A DNA stretch of 64,000 nucleotides from Octopus vulgaris (GCA_951406725.2 OX597830.1:58652001-58716000), one strand, 5' to 3'; numbered from the stretch's first letter, positions 38,052 through 53,600 are shown. Numbers and translations are program-made. The notes: generated by a model not told the origin, from the sequence alone.

Positions 38052-38404
38052 TCAGTAGTCTTATTTTTTTCACGTGTTTCCCACTTCACTATCGAGTGCA
38101 GCTCTGAGTGCCTTGGTTATGTGCTTTGGTTTGTTGCAATACTTTTTTTTTTTAAATCATACCTAATGCATCTATTATGATAGGAATTGTTTTTGTTTTT
38201 AGACTCCGCATTCGAGTTACCTCTATTTCCAGGTCTTTGTATTGTGAAAGTTTTTCCATTTCTTATAGAGAAAAGTTGTCTTCTGTTGGTATTGATTAGA
38301 AAGCATTTTTTGTCTTGATGATCTCTGACAACTATATCTAGCCTATTGTCCTTAATTTCTCTATCTGTGTATTATCATTATCATCATTATTATTATTATT
38401 ATTA

Positions 38405-38486
<82 letters not shown>

Positions 38487-38582
38487 CATTGTTATTATTA
38501 ATATTGACGTCGCACAGTGTACAATATCGTGAGGTTGTTGATTGGAGATATTGTCTACCGGGGGTTTGTACTGTTTGTCAAG

Positions 38583-38666
<84 letters not shown>

Positions 38667-39189
38667 TTAACTTGGATTTTGTTGAAACTCTTGGAGCTTG
38701 CTACATGTGGCCTTCAGTACAATGCAGTCTCTTCACCTAACTAATACGTTCCTAACGATGCATTATTTATTATTATTATTCTGCCGAGATCGACTTTGCC
38801 TTTCATCCTTTCGGAGGCCGATAAAATAAGTACCGGTTGAGCATGAAAAGGCCGATGAAAATGACTTGCTCCCTCTCCAAAAATATGTGGCCTTGTGCTT
38901 GTAGTAAAAAGAATGGTTAATGTTTACAATATTACCCAGATTGTGGCATAGTAGGTCACCGTAATTCATTTATCGAAAAAAAGAAGGTAAACATTTTCCA
39001 ATAAACCCATTCCCTTTACAGTTATGAAAGAAAAACATCGGATCTTGTGAATTTTCCGAAGTCCTCTCCCACTACCGTTGTTTTGCGCGCTTTTTGGTTT
39101 TCATGTTCGTTTCCTATAGATTCTTTTTTTACACCTGTTGTACTATTTTTTAAATATTTCGTTTCCAGATAATATTGTAAACATTAACC

Positions 39190-39234
<45 letters not shown>

Positions 39235-39576
39235 GATATGTCTGACCTTTGCTTTGTATTTGTACAACTTGACTCTAAGTCTCACCCAGAGACCTCAAGA
39301 GACTATGAGTTAGAAGTTCATGTTGGTGTTATGCCTAGGATGCCATGTATATGGTTTTGTACATAGTATTGTTCCAGAGAATGTTTAAGAGAATATAAGA
39401 AAATTGTGAGTTTGTTTTAAAATTTGAGATCACATAGACAGTATTTTACGTAGGATATGGGCAGCTCCCACAAGCACTATTTTTTTAATTTCTGCCATTT
39501 TGGGGATTTCTGTATCTGAGCTAGGTAGCAATCAGCTCCTTTTGGTATCATTATTATTATCATTATCATTATTATT

Positions 39577-39612
<36 letters not shown>

Positions 39613-40034
39613 ATTATTATTATTGAGTGAGAGAGCAGTTCTTGCTATCAAAGTGACACTGGGGTAAAATATACGAAGCCCAGTATACCCATAATGACTA
39701 CCCGTCTGATAAGGGTACACTAGGCACATGCATCACAACCATATGTGCGCGACATGGTGATCTCATATTAAGATAAACAGCATATGACCTTGCAAGTGGG
39801 GCTCAGTTAGAATTTTCTTCTAGTCAAGTAAACCATCCCGCTCAAAAGGTCCCTGAATATAGGTTGTTTAAGGATAATGAACGAAACCCCCCTGTTTCCA
39901 GAGGTGAATTATTCAAACCCTAAAGAATGCCTCTCAACACACGGCTATGATGCTCCCCCACTACTTCTGCTCGTTATCAGAGATGCACATATCGTCAGCC
40001 ACTAAGGGACATGCTCAACTGGTTAATGTCAAAC

Positions 40035-41150
40035 CAAATAGGCATTCTATAATCCAAGAATGTGGGATCATATCGTACAGGCGTACGATATAATCCGTAG
40101 CATGGCTAAGTTAGTTTTCCTCCTCTTGCCGTCTCTAAGTACAGTTTTGGCTTCCATGAGTTGATCCTTGGCATCTCTGCATTTACGTTTGCAAAAATGG
40201 AGTCCTGCTCATGTTGCAGGACTCCATTTTTCCCCAAATGTCCGTACACTGACTGCGCGACTATTCCAGTCAATAATTTCCACAGGATATCGGCCTCTTA
40301 TTGTCTACCGTATTGCCTTTTTCGATGCTTTTCAAGCATAGCCCTATCCTACTCATTGTCAACCACCCTGTTGTTACTTGGTCGGCGTTTAATAAGGTAT
40401 TGAGTTGTGTAGCTATTCGTGCATGACATTCACCAAATCTTTTAATCCAGTAGCCTTGAACTCCATCAGGTCCCGGGGTCTTCCAGTTGTCCATTTTTTG
40501 CTGATTTCCTTCACTTCCCTAACTGAAATGACTAGTTCTGCCTGTTTTGGACAGACTACTGTTTGTTTCAGTTCTTTCAACCAATCAGCATCCTTCTTGT
40601 GCTCCTTGTCTTTGCCCCAGATGTCACTCCAAAACCTTTGACTTTTAATGTTATCTGGTACAACTTTTCAACTGTTCACTCTTCATTTATTTCTTTTAGA
40701 ATCTCTTCTGATCTACTCTAAATAATCTATTCTGCTGGTAACCCTTCATTCTTTGGTCGTATCTTACCATCTTTGCTTTCTTTGCAACGAGGCGCTGTTG
40801 CAGTTCCTCCATTACCACTTTCAGGTCCCTTCTTTCTATATCAGACTCCCTGTTCAGTGCCCTCTATTTCTGTTCGCTTTTAACTACCTCCTTCTCTTTT
40901 CGGCCTAATATAGAAACGTCTTTCGAGAGCATATCGAACCCTGCCTGGATTCGTCTTTCCCACCACGGATCTTTCCTTTTCTCACTCCCATTATATTTAT
41001 TTTTCTTGACATCAACGTCCATATTTTCTGCTACAACAACACTTGCTGCCTTCATCAAATTATTTGTTTCTGTGATATTTTTTGCTCTCACGGATTTTAC
41101 AATTTCATTCACATTTTTGGTTTCTTTGGTTCAATTCCCATCGATCAACT
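40035..41150 (-). mobile_element. R4/Dong-clade LINE fragment (pre-RT region and RT N-terminus)
   Basis: ITETNNLMKAAS...DPWWERRIQ; NWKTPGPDGVQGYWIKRF...KRPISC; decayed. Confidence 0.82.
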
Positions 41151-41153
41151 TTT

Positions 41154-41262
<109 letters not shown>

Positions 41263-41290
41263 ACCACCACCACCACCACCACTGCTGCTG

Positions 41291-41326
<36 letters not shown>

Positions 41327-41328
41327 AC

Positions 41329-41361
<33 letters not shown>

Positions 41362-41389
41362 TTTAAATATTTTTCTTTATTCCAGCAAA

Positions 41390-41638
41390 ATGGCTTTCTC
41401 TGGAATTTCAATTATCGCGATAATTCTTCTTTCTGTATGTTTCGCTCACGGTGTAAATACTGGAAATGACAACATAAACACACACCCCAGGGATAAAGTC
41501 GATGTTTTCAGTAAATTCCTGAAGAATTTCAATTTGAAAGGAAATCTCTCGTTACCAATCCGTTCCATGGAATCCAGTCTGAGTAAATTCTATTCCCGAT
41601 ATTACTGCTCATCCAAACGAACATGTAAGACGTCTTTG
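41390..41638 (+). CDS. Candidate first coding exon of a secreted protein (signal peptide, Cys-containing); rest of gene not identified
   Basis: Acceptor tttttctttattccAG (41384-41385), caaaATGG start context, MAFSGISIIAIILLSVCFAHG signal-peptide-like N-terminus, 83 open codons ending YYCSSKRTCKTSL, donor TTG|GTAAGA at 41639. Confidence 0.55.
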
Positions 41639-42929
41639 GTAAGATTTCAGTTTCTAAAATTCAGTATTTTTCACATTTTCTGATAAATCTATTGGCGTTT
41701 GTTAAATCTGTGTAAATGTTTAATTTTCACGGTTTGAAATAAAAATCTTTCGCATGTGCACGTGTGTGCATTCTTGCGTTTGTGTCTATGGGTGTGTGTG
41801 CATGCGCGTGTGTATGTGTGTCTCTGTCTGTGTGTGCGTGTGTATGCATGTGTGCGTATGTGTGTGTGTATTTATGTATGTGTATTTGTGTGTGTGTGTC
41901 TATATGTGTATGTGTGCATGTGTGTGTGTATGTATGTGTGTCTGCATGTGTGTGTTTGTGTATGTGTGTCTGTGTCTATGTGTGTGTGTACATGTGTGTG
42001 TGTCTGTGTGTGTGCGCGTTTATGTGTGTATGTGCGTGTGCGCGTGTCTGCGCGTGCAGCCATTTACATATATGTGCACAGCTGACAGGCGCTAACATAT
42101 TTGAGAAATTTTAATTAATTGAAATTCATATAATTTATTTATTTACAACATTCATGCGTAATTTGCGACCTGCGGCTCGTTTTGAATGACACACCTAGCG
42201 TAAAATTACTTTGAATATTTTAGTTGTGCGGCCCGTCGTATGACGAGCTATGTCTCATGTGGCCCGCGTCTCGGAAAAATTGCATAGGCTTCGTTTAAAA
42301 TATCTTGGCTTGTATATTAGCAGCCACTTTACTAATAATTTTCCATGCAGCCAGCGTCCCTGGATAGTTTCCCTCAATCGTTCTTCCAAGTTTATGCATG
42401 AATAAGTGCTTCCTAATGTTATGTACATTCCGTGAGAAAAGCCATTACAAAGGATTACTGCAAACAGTAAAATATTGAGAAACCTGGTATGCAGTTTCCA
42501 TCGTTGTTTCAAGCTTGTTCGCAATCTACCAAGAACTTTGAGAAAGTTAAGATTGCCAGTACTTCTAATTTTAGAGAGCCTCTACGAGATACTCAACCAT
42601 GTAAATATAGCTACCACAACTCCCTTAAATCACACTTTGCCGTATTTAAGAAAACTGGTACCACATTAAATAACCGAATAACGTACAGAGTATCTAAAAA
42701 TAAGACAGATGGCCATGGTTGGAACGCTTTGATCATAGGTATGCTTGGGGCTAAATCACTATCAAGTTCTGAATTGTAATTATATGTTTCAATCAGAAAA
42801 ATTCAGGTAAAAAAAAAGGTAACTAAGCTGAAATGAAAAAGTGGAAAAGTTAAAGCAAGCTGCTTACCCTGAAATAAAGAAACGGGTGCAGGATTTACAA
42901 AAGAAAATGAACGTAAGCCAAGATATGTT

Positions 42930-43990
42930 AAATCAAGCATAATGTTGAAGATCTTTCGCGCATACGGCATTCTCGAAGTACTAGTTCTTACCATTGCAAA
43001 GACCTTCGAGAAAACCAGAGTACATGTGTTGTCATCTAACGGAGAAATAGAATTCTTTTAAATACTAGCTAGTGTGCTACAAGGAGACACGCTTGCACCT
43101 TGCCTGTTTGCAATATTATCGGATTATGTGATGCGATGGGCTATAGATAACAGTGACGAAGAGCTTGGTTTCACCTTTGACCGGCAAGGGTTGCAGAGAG
43201 TACCAGCAGGAAGCATCACAGCCCTGGACTTCGCAGATGATGTAGCACATGCATCTGATGAAACAAATCGAGCTCAACAGCTGCTCAGCAGAGAAGAGAC
43301 ATCAGCTGCCAAAACTGAACCGTACACAAATGTCAAGAAAAGCGAATACATGACTTTCAACCAATCAAGGGATGCTGAACTGTTTGCTTTGAGTGGTTCC
43401 GAATTGAATGTTGTTAAAGACTTCATGTACTTAGGTGGTTGGATGAGCAGTTCGGAAGCAGACATCAAGATCAGGAAGGCACAAGCATAGACAGCCTCTC
43501 ACAGACTAAAGAATGTCTGGAACTCCAAATTGCTCCGGCGAATCACAATCAAGCTGGTCATTGCAGCTGTCAAATCGGTGCTGTTATAGGACAGTAAAAC
43601 ATGGACACTGGCAAAGAAATTATCAAACGGGTTAAATGGATGATACCCAAGGATGCTACGAATGGCCCTAAATGTGAAATAGCAGCCACATATGACAAAT
43701 GAATGCCTTAATGAAGACCTGCCGAAAGTTAGCGAGAATATCATGCAAAGATGGCTGCAATTATCTGGTCACTGCATGCGCCACGCTGAGCTGGAAGCTT
43801 CCAGATTAGTTTGTGGAAAGCAGCTCCTGGTGATGTAAGAAGATTTGGAAAACGTCGTCAACTTGACAACTTGATTGCTGACACTGACCGGGAATGTATC
43901 CAGGAGCTCGAGGCAGCGATGATGGATTGAGAAGTGTGGTGGGTGGATTTTGTTGCTGCGGCCCGGGTTGGAACCCAGCCATAATAATAA
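42930..43990 (+). mobile_element. RTE-clade LINE 3' fragment (RT to tail)
   Basis: VLQGDTLAPCLF...DYVMR...LDFADDVA...DFMYLGGW...DIKIRKAQA; ends in (TAA)n; several stops. Confidence 0.88.
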
Positions 43991-44406
43991 ATATATTTTG
44001 ATCCTGCAGAACTGTGATTTCCTCTGTTTAAAACATTTGATTCACAAAAGGAAAAAAAATCGCAAATAAAATCACAAATGAAAAAGTTTATGGCTAATTC
44101 TGTTCTCTGAAACTAAGAAGAGGATGAAAGCTGATAGAATTTAAAAACGGTCACTGGGCAACGGTCACACTGGAGCATTGTCTTAAAGTGTTCAGTCGAT
44201 CAAATCACCACAGCCCCCACACGTTTGGTACTTATTCTATTGGTTTCTTTTGCCGAATCGCTTATTTACGGGGTCGTAAGCAAAATAACACCGGTTGTGA
44301 AGCAGCAGGAGACAAATAACGACGCGTGCACAGACAGACACACACATGCACACACAAGCACGGACACACGCGCGCACATACACACACGCGCGCGCGCACA
44401 TACACA

Positions 44407-44475
<69 letters not shown>

Positions 44476-44503
44476 GGTGTATATATATATATATATATAT
44501 ATA

Positions 44504-45039
44504 CAGGATGCGTAAAATATTTGAGGACAGATTTATGTTTATAAAAAAAGATATAAATAAGAGATAATAACTTTATTTATTAAAAAATGCTATGGGAATA
44601 AAAATAAACCTTTTCTATAATGTTATTTAATAAAGCAAACTTCAGCTTCAACAACTGCTTCTATATGAGATCTAAATCCTATACATGCTCGAATCAAGTG
44701 ATCCTGGTTCATTTTGGACATTACTCTGACAAATTCAGGTGTTCTGATGATTTCAGAGTGTTTAGAATGCTTTTTATGCTTTGATACTGGTGATACGTTT
44801 CCATCTTCAGCCTCTAGATCCTTACAAACTTTGTAGACGAAAGAGCTGGAAACTTTAAAAAATCGAGATGTTTCTAATTCACTATGCTCAACCTTTATAA
44901 CCACAAGAACAGCATGCTTCTTCATTTCTTGAGTAAGCTGAGAGTCTTCCATTATTATTTTCTGAAACAAAGATTATACAGAGTAAGCAAACATGCAGCA
45001 ATGACCCTAAAAAGGTATGTCCTCAAATGCCTTACGTAC

Positions 45040-45043
<4 letters not shown>
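44504..45043 (-). mobile_element. Internally deleted Tc1/mariner element (maT/DD37D-like)
   Basis: Imperfect TIRs caggatgcgtaaaatatttgaggaca / tgtcctcaaatgccttacgtactctg within TA repeats. The ORF fuses an N-terminal HTH to C-terminal IRACIGFRSHIEAVVEAE. Confidence 0.75.
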
Positions 45044-45100
<57 letters not shown>

Positions 45101-45200
45101 AGAGTTTACGAAAAAAACAAGACGAAGACAGGTGGTGTACAAAACAAACAGATGTATTAGTATAACGCTCAGGAATAGAAAAAGTCTTTTACGTTTCGAG

Positions 45201-45249
<49 letters not shown>

Positions 45250-45332
45250 GCATACCTACAAGCATACCTACAAGCATACCTACATGTATACCTACATGCA
45301 TACGTACATACATGCATACATACATACATACA

Positions 45333-45366
<34 letters not shown>

Positions 45367-45454
45367 CATACATACACACATACATACATACATACATACA
45401 TACATACATACATACACACACACGCTCAGACACGCACGTGCACACACACCCATA

Positions 45455-46171
45455 CAAAGATGGGCAAAAGTTGGTATACAGTTGTGTAATATGAGCTGGC
45501 AGAGTGGTTAGCATGCCGGACAAAATGCTTAGCGACATTTCGTCGTTTTTTACGTTCTGAGTTCAAATTCCGCCGAGGTTAACTTTGCCTTTCATCATTC
45601 GGGGTCGATAAAATAAGTGCCAGTCACGTAGTAGGGTCGGTGGAATCCCCAAATTCTAGCCTTGTGCCAAAATTTAAACCCAATATGATTGAAATGTTCT
45701 TTTCATTTCTGTGGGATCTCTGGGAGCTGCCTAGATCCTTGCAACCCAACTTCTTCTTTTTCTTTTATCCGTGGGAACTTTGAATGAATGCTTGAGCCAC
45801 AAGCGTTTTATTGTCTTCAGTGATAACACTGACCGGTGGACCACTTTTCTCTGCATTGCAGATGGACCCAGTCTGTTCAAATTTGTAGCGTATCTTGTTA
45901 ACTGTTAATCTTGAGCTGGTCTTTGAAATTCTTCGGTTCATTTCTGTCGAACCATTTCTGCATTCTCCAGTACTGCTTGATGATCCACTTTCGTTCATCG
46001 CTTCCAGCCATTTAATAAAGTTCTGAAACGAGGAATAATTATTTTATTATAGAAAGAATTACTTAAAAAGAACATAGAATCATAGATTTGTTATCCTAAA
46101 AAGAAGTAGAGAAATGAAAAGAATATTCCACTCATATTAAGCAACGGTATACCTTCTTTTGTCCACTGCTG
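45455..46171 (-). mobile_element. Degenerate Tc1/mariner element (rosa-like N-terminal HTH) interrupted by a SINE
   Basis: TIR-like caaagatgggcaaaagttggtataca / gtataccttcttttgtccactgctg; peptide SRLTVNKIRYKFEQTGSI...SGPP. Confidence 0.6.
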
Positions 46172-46879
46172 TACACGCATACTTATACATACATACATAC
46201 ATACATGCATACATACATACATACATACAAACATGCATACATACATACATACATACATACATACATACATACATACATACATACATACATACATACATAC
46301 ACACACAGTTACACCCGTACACAGTTACATGCATGCATGCACCCATCCACACAAACATACATACATATAGATGAAAAGTTTGCGATATTGCTTCCATCTC
46401 TCAAAATGTACTCACAGACTTTCAGCTCGTGGTTATAGTGGAAGATTTTCAGTCAAAGTGCCGCGCAGTGTGACTAAACCCGAACTCATGTGGTTGGGAA
46501 AAAATTTTTCTAACCATACAGAAATGCTTGGAATTTTCATTCTTTTTGTTTTGTGGTAATCTCCCATGTTTAAAACGTAAAAATATGAAGAAATTTTCGA
46601 AAATTGTAACAAAATAAAAATATAACAGGAGGATGCCTATTCTTAACCCCCTTGTTTTTTCTTTTCAAAATATGTTCAAAATAACTAAGCTGCTATTGTT
46701 ATTAAATGTGATTATTCGTAATGGAATTCCGTAAAGGTGGTGGTGGGGGGGGGGAGGCAAGAGGGACCAGATTTTTATATGAGGATCCTCATGGAGGAAA
46801 TCAGGTTACAAAATATCCGCCACTGCATATGACTTTGATTATGAAAAGATGTCCCCCTGACTGCAGCATCCTATGTTGT

Positions 46880-47700
46880 GGAAAGCGTTATAGGATGATG
46901 GTGATGAAGGACTCAGTAGACGGCTGCACATTGGTTAGCATGTTTACGAATTGGTTTAGCACCAGGAAAGAAGTTCGGTAAGAGTGCCATGTTTCTCGTC
47001 CGTCTACTATAACCTCTACTCTGAGGAGGTGGTGTGGAGGTCAGCAGAAGGTTTTGGTTGGATCGGCGTACGCATCAGTAGCCAGTGACTAAATAAATTT
47101 TGCTTTGCTGATTATGTCGTACCGATCGCTACTTCGTTGGATGAGTTCTAGAGAGCAACTGACAAAGTCAGTAGAGCTTCAACTGAATTTCAGCTAGAAA
47201 TCAGCTCCAAAAGAACCAGACCATTCGTGGCAACCACCAGGGAACAAGTGTAGCTTACCATAAGTGTCAAGGGGTGCAATTAGGAAATCGAAACAAGTTT
47301 TGGTACAAGATCTGCTCTGAGGCCTGCAAAAGCATCAAGCTTAAGGGTCTAAAAATCCTGATCTTGTTATTAATGCTGGATTCTAAGGAAGACGATGATG
47401 TGCTACAAGTGAGCACCGTGGATCTGTTTGGTGACCCACAGAGGAAATAATTAAGTTTTGGAGGAGATGGGAACGGAACAAAAGTTTGTGACGGTAGTCA
47501 GATGACAAAAACTACGATAGTTTATCTATATTACCAGGGTCCAAAACTTCTGAGCTCGTATATTCGGGGGCAGGGTGGACTGTAAACAAATGACAAAGGT
47601 GAACGGTAACATCAAAGGCTGTAGGTACGAAACCTCGAAGCGTGGTGAGAAGTGGGGACGGTGTTGTATCTGAAGCCCAGGAGCCTTCGCAATAAAAAAT
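46880..47700 (+). mobile_element. Degenerate RTE-like RT fragment (second copy ~51765-52585)
   Basis: Remnants WFSTRKEVR*EC (GVRQGC region) and NKFCFADYVV (NNLRFADD region). Confidence 0.55.
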
Positions 47701-49500
47701 GGGAATATTCATTATTCACCATCAATATCACGTGTGTGTATGGGGGAGGCGGGTACGCGTTGCATTTTAAATTCCACAGTGTTTCACTTTTAGCTTTATT
47801 ATTAAAGTTTTGTATTCAAATTTTCGTTCGAGCTCCTGGAAGTTTTTTTGAACAATAAAATCCCTAAATAAGCTAACAACGTTTTTAAACCTTCACAGTG
47901 CTTTTAGGATGATATGATGGTAACGTACATTGGTGCCAATTTATAGTAGGCAGGGCCGATGTGATTAATGTTGACTTTACTGCTGGTAATTGAATTTTAA
48001 CTGTTAGATTCATAAAACATTATTTCGGTGTTATAAATACTAATACATATTAAAGGTGTGTTTATATTATATTAATTCATGTTTATTTCTCTCGGATTCT
48101 TTTTGAGTTATTGTTTCTTTTAACGATTATACTTTCTTGCCATGTGCCTTCTTGTATCTTTATTGAATTATATTTCTGTCAATATTTTAATAAATACGGA
48201 AATCATAAAACCGAAACATGTGCTGCCGCAATAAATTGAAAACAAATTAGACATTGACTAATATTTTTTCCCTCCTTACATATTATTAATAAACATTTAA
48301 AGCTCTTCCCGTATAAAATATCTTAAAAACTAAACTGACTAATGGGAATTGTTCATTGACCTAAAAATAGTTCATTGACATAAATAAATTCGGCAGAAAC
48401 ATAACAGATTTTTAAAATCCAAAATTGAAATGTTTATATTTATTTTTATTTATTGTTTATACTGTAAAGAATATCAAGGTCTTTTGTAGTAATATACCTA
48501 TTTCTTTATTACCCACAAGGGGCTAAACATAGAGGGGACAAACAAGGACAGACATAGGTATTAAGTCGATTACATCGACCCAGTGTGTAACTGGTACTTA
48601 ATTTATCGACCCCGAAAGGATGAAAGGCAAAGTCATGTTTGTAACATAATAACTAAGAAGGGCTGGTCTATAAAAGCTGTGGGTAAATAATATATTTTAA
48701 ATGGAAACAAGTTTTACGTTCTGTATTACTTGTGAGCAGTAAGTCCGCCGATGTGAAGTGTTGTTATTTCCTTTTTCTATTGAATTGTTTTGAATATTTA
48801 CTCACACGTTTGTTTTCAACCTTCCGGTCACTTCAATACGTGGAGTCTTTGTAACCCGGGAGAGTAACTGACATGAGAAATTCTTTTGTTTGATATTCAT
48901 TCGTAGTCTTGTACAGGTTTCGCTGGGCGAAATGCAAATGGGAAAAGCAAGCGTGAAAATGAAACAAGGACTGCATAAAATAGAAATTTAAAAAAAAGCC
49001 ATGAATGTGAGTGTTTAGGATGTTTTGAAATATCAGAATAACAGGAGAGATTCTGTTAAGAAAGGCCATAACAATGTTTGCGAAAGGAACATCAAATATG
49101 CTGAGCTCATAGGTATGTTACACAAAGGCTTCATTGACGATCCTGGATTGAGATAGCTGTAGGTAGGTTCTTTCGGGAGACAAGCTTTGTTAATCATATG
49201 AAATCGCATATTATACGCATTCATACTATCAATGGCTACGAACCTCCATGTCTACAGCATATCAAATGTACAGCACAGGGCAGAGTGCAGAAATAGAAAC
49301 CGGGACTACAAAAATATCTAAACAGAGACCCATTGATATACCCAGATATTCCTGTGGAAGTGCAGAGTTTGGTTTTGGTTGTCGCGTTTGTTTAAAACGT
49401 TGTAAGTCATCACCTGGTCTTAAAAGAAATCCTCCAAGTATGGCACTGAGCAATAAATAGTAATATAATGTGACCGCTATCGTCTGAAACATCGAAGCAA

Positions 49501-49605
<105 letters not shown>

Positions 49606-49708
49606 GGCACGCACGCACAGAGACACACACACACACACACATTGTATAACTGCTTTTTGCAATGTCTTCAGCGCGATCTAGAATGAATATTTTCATATTA
49701 TTTCTTAA

Positions 49709-49886
49709 CACGTTTGAGCAGGTTCAGACGCTGCAGTGTGTTTCTTAGGAGGATAAAATCTACCATTTTTGGACAACACATTGTTCAACACACTCGTCTC
49801 ATTGGCGCACAGCATTCTGGGACACCGGTGTTTTGCCATGATGTTCTTCGGCAGCCATATTTTGCGTGAGAACCGACGTGGACGTG
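49709..49886. mobile_element. piggyBac-like MITE (second copy 54572-54749)
   Basis: TTAA|cacgt...ggttc / gaacc...acgtg|TTAA imperfect TIRs. Confidence 0.5.
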
Positions 49887-50089
49887 TTAAGAATAAATAT
49901 ACATACACACATACATACATGCATACAGACAGACAGACAGACACACACACACACACACACACATATAATATATATAATATATATGTATGTATGTGTACAT
50001 ATATACAAAGGCATTCATTAATCTCGCGAGATCATGAATTTGCACCCAGCCAGTTTTTTTACTTCGGTCCTGTCGGCAGAGTACTGTTT

Positions 50090-50646
50090 GCTAGTATTGC
50101 GCTGATGCTGTTTCCCCGCCGACTTTACTTTCTCTCGTCACAAAACCTCAGCCTCTACTCTCATCTCAAACCCTTCTTCAGTCTCTAACGGGAGCAATCA
50201 TCTCTAAACCTTTCACGTTCATCGAAAGGGACTCTATGTTTCTTTTGCAGGCATCTTTGAAGCAAAAATATATTTGTCTTTGAGTTTTCTTGCCGAAGTT
50301 CAGTTCCTTATGCAGCAAATATTTCGGGTGTCTTCCATTCTGATATCGATGTGCGTGGCCCAGTCATCGGAAGTGATGTTGTTTTAGTAAGATGAAGAGG
50401 CTGGGTATTTGCACCCTAGCCAGGAATTCATTGCTGGTGATTCAACCAGGATCCGTCTCAGGTTTTCGTGGGTACAAAGTGTTGAGTCGCTGTTTTTTCT
50501 TGGAGTTGCTGCCCCTGGTCTTTCTGTCATAAAACTGTGTGCTGAGGACGCAAGCCTTGTAGTCTGCAACCTTTGTGCCCCACCATAAACTTACTCTTCT
50601 CGCAAATTCGTTTTGTCAGTGTGACTAGTGCTGAGGCTGTTCTTCC
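50090..50646 (-). mobile_element. Degenerate RTE LINE fragment (copy ~54955-55511; continues at 56065-56500)
   Basis: LR*LGHAHR...RHPKYLL..EL remnants; QYADNMML (YADD-like) near 56240-56265. Confidence 0.55.
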
Positions 50647-53600
50647 AATGATCTTTGAATGAATGCTTGAGCCACAAGCGTTTTATTGTCTTCAGTGATA
50701 ACACTGACCGGTGGACTACTTTTCTCTGCATTGCAGATGGACCCAGTCTGTTCAAATTTGTAGCGTATCTTGTTAACTGTTAATCTTGAGCTGGTCTTTG
50801 AAATTCTTCGGTTCATTTCTGTCGAACCATTTCTGCATTCTCCAGTACTGCTTGATGATCCACTTTCGCCCATCGCTTCCAGCCATTTAATAAAGTTCTG
50901 AAACGAGGAATAATTATTTTATTATAGAAAGAATTACTTAAAAAGAACATAGAATCATAGATTTGTTATCCTAAAAAGAAGTAGAGAAATGAAAAGAATA
51001 TTCCACTCATATTAAGCAACGGTATACCTTCTTTTGTCCACTGCTGTACACGCATACTTATACATACATACATACATACATACATACATACATACATACA
51101 AACATGCATACATACATGCATACATACATACATACATACATACATACATACATACATACATACATACATGCATACATACATACATACACACACAGTTACA
51201 TCCATACACAGTTACATGCATGCATGCACCCATCCACACAAACATACATACATATAGATGAAAAGTTTGCGATATTGCTTCCATCTCTCAAAATGTACTC
51301 ACAGACTTTCAGCTCGTGGTTATAGTGGAAGATTTTCAGTCAAAGTGCCGCGCAGTGTGACTAAACCCGAACTCATGTGGTTGGGAAAAAATTTTTCTAA
51401 CCATACAGAAATGCTTGGAATTTTCATTCTTTTTGTTTTGTGGTAATCTCCCATGTTTAAAACGTAAAAATATGAAGAAATTTTCGAAAATTGTAACAAA
51501 ATAAAAATATAACAGGAGGATGCCTATTCTTAACCCCCTTGTTTTTTCTTTTCAAAATATATTCAAAATAACTAAGCTGCTATTGTTATTAAATGTGATT
51601 ATTCGTAATGGAATTCCGTAAAGGTGGTGGTGGGGGGGAGGCAAGAGGGACCAGATTTTTATATGAGGATCCTCATGGAAGAAATCAGGTTACAAAATAT
51701 CCGCCACTGCATATGACTTTGATTATGAAAAGATGTCCCCCTGACTGCAGCATCCTATGTTGTGGAAAGCGTTATAGGATGATGGTGATGAAGGACTCAG
51801 TAGACGGCTGCACATTGGTTTGCAGGTTTACGAATTGGTTTAGCACCAGGAAAGAAGTTCGGTAAGAGTGCCATGTTTCTCGTCCGTCTACTATAACCTC
51901 TACTCTGAGGAAGTGGTGTGGAGGTCAGCAGAAGGTTTTGGTTGGATCGGCGTACGCATCAGTAGCCAGTGACTAAATAAATTTTGCTTTGCTGATTATG
52001 TCGTACCGATCGCTACTTCGTTGGATGAGTTCTAGAGAGCAACTGACAAAGTCAGTAGAGCTTCAACTGAATTTCAGCTAGAAATCAGCTCCAAAAGAAC
52101 CAGACCATTCGTGGCAACCACCAGGGAACAAGTGTAGCTTACCATAAGTGTCAAGGGGTGCAATTAGGAAATCGAAACAAGTTTTGGTACAAGATCTGCT
52201 CTGAGGCCTGCAAAAGCATCAAGCTTAAGGGTCTAAAAAATCCTGATCTTGTTATTAATGCTGGATTCTAAGGAAGACGATGATGTGCTACAAGTGAGCA
52301 CCGTGGATCTGTTTGGTGACCCACAGAGGAAATAATTAAGTTTTGGAGGAGATGGGAACGGAACAAAAGTTTGTGACGGTAGTCAGATGACAAAAACTAC
52401 GATAGTTTATCTATATTACCAGGGTCCAAAACTTCTGAGCTCGTATATTCGGGGGCAGGGTGGACTGTAAACAAATGACAAAGGTGAACGGTAACATCAA
52501 AGGCTGTAGGTACGAAACCTCGAAGCGTGGTGAGAAGTGGGGACGGTGTTGTATCTGAAGCCCAGGAGCCTTCGCAATAAAAAATGGGAATATTCATTAT
52601 TCACCATCAATATCACGTGTGTGTATGGGGGAGGCGGGTACGCGTTGCATTTTAAATTCCACAGTGTTTCACTTTTAGCTTTATTATTAAAGTTTTGTAT
52701 TCAAATTTTCGTTCGAGCTCCTGGAAGTTTTTTTGAACAATAAAATCCCTAAATAAGCTAACAACGTTTTTAAACCTTCACAGTGCTTTTAGGATGATAT
52801 GATGGTAACGTACATTGGTGCCAATTTATAGTAGGCAGGGCCGATGTGATTAATGTTGACTTTACTGCTGGTAATTGAATTTTAACTGTTAGATTCATAA
52901 AACATTATTTCGGTGTTATAAATACTAATACATATTAAAGGTGTGTTTATATTATATTAATTCATGTTTATTTCTCTCGGATTCTTTTTGAGTTATTGTT
53001 TCTTTTAACGATTATACTTTCTTGCCATGTGCCTTCTTGTATCTTTATTGAATTATATTTCTGTCAATATTTTAATAAATACGGAAATCATAAAACCGAA
53101 ACATGTACTGCCGCAATAAATTGAAAACAAATTAGACATTGACTAATATTTTTTCCCTCCTTACATATTATTAATAAACATTTAAAGCTCTTCCCGTATA
53201 AAATATCTTAAAAACTAAACTGACTAATGGGAATTGTTCATTGACCTAAAAATAGTTCATTGACATAAATAAATTCGGCAGAAACATAACAGATTTTTAA
53301 AATCCAAAATTGAAATGTTTATATTTATTTTTATTTATTGTTTATACTGTAAAGAATATCAAGGTCTTTTGTAGTAATATACCTATTTCTTTATTACCCA
53401 CAAGGGGCTAAACATAGAGGGGACAAACAAGGACAGACATAGGTATTAAGTCGATAACATCGACCCAGTGTGTAACTGGTACTTAATTTATCGACCCCGA
53501 AAGGATGAAAGGCAAAGTCATGTTTGTAACATAATAACTAAGAAGGGCTGGTCTATAAAAGCTGTGGGTAAATAATATATTTTAAATGGAAACAAGTTTT

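Noticed and set aside
48833-49460. Duplicated ORFs including CRVCLKRCKS...GLKRN, suggesting a duplicated zinc-finger gene
   Set aside because: Better explained as the decayed C-terminal zinc finger of an RTE LINE; stops in all frames and no exon structure.
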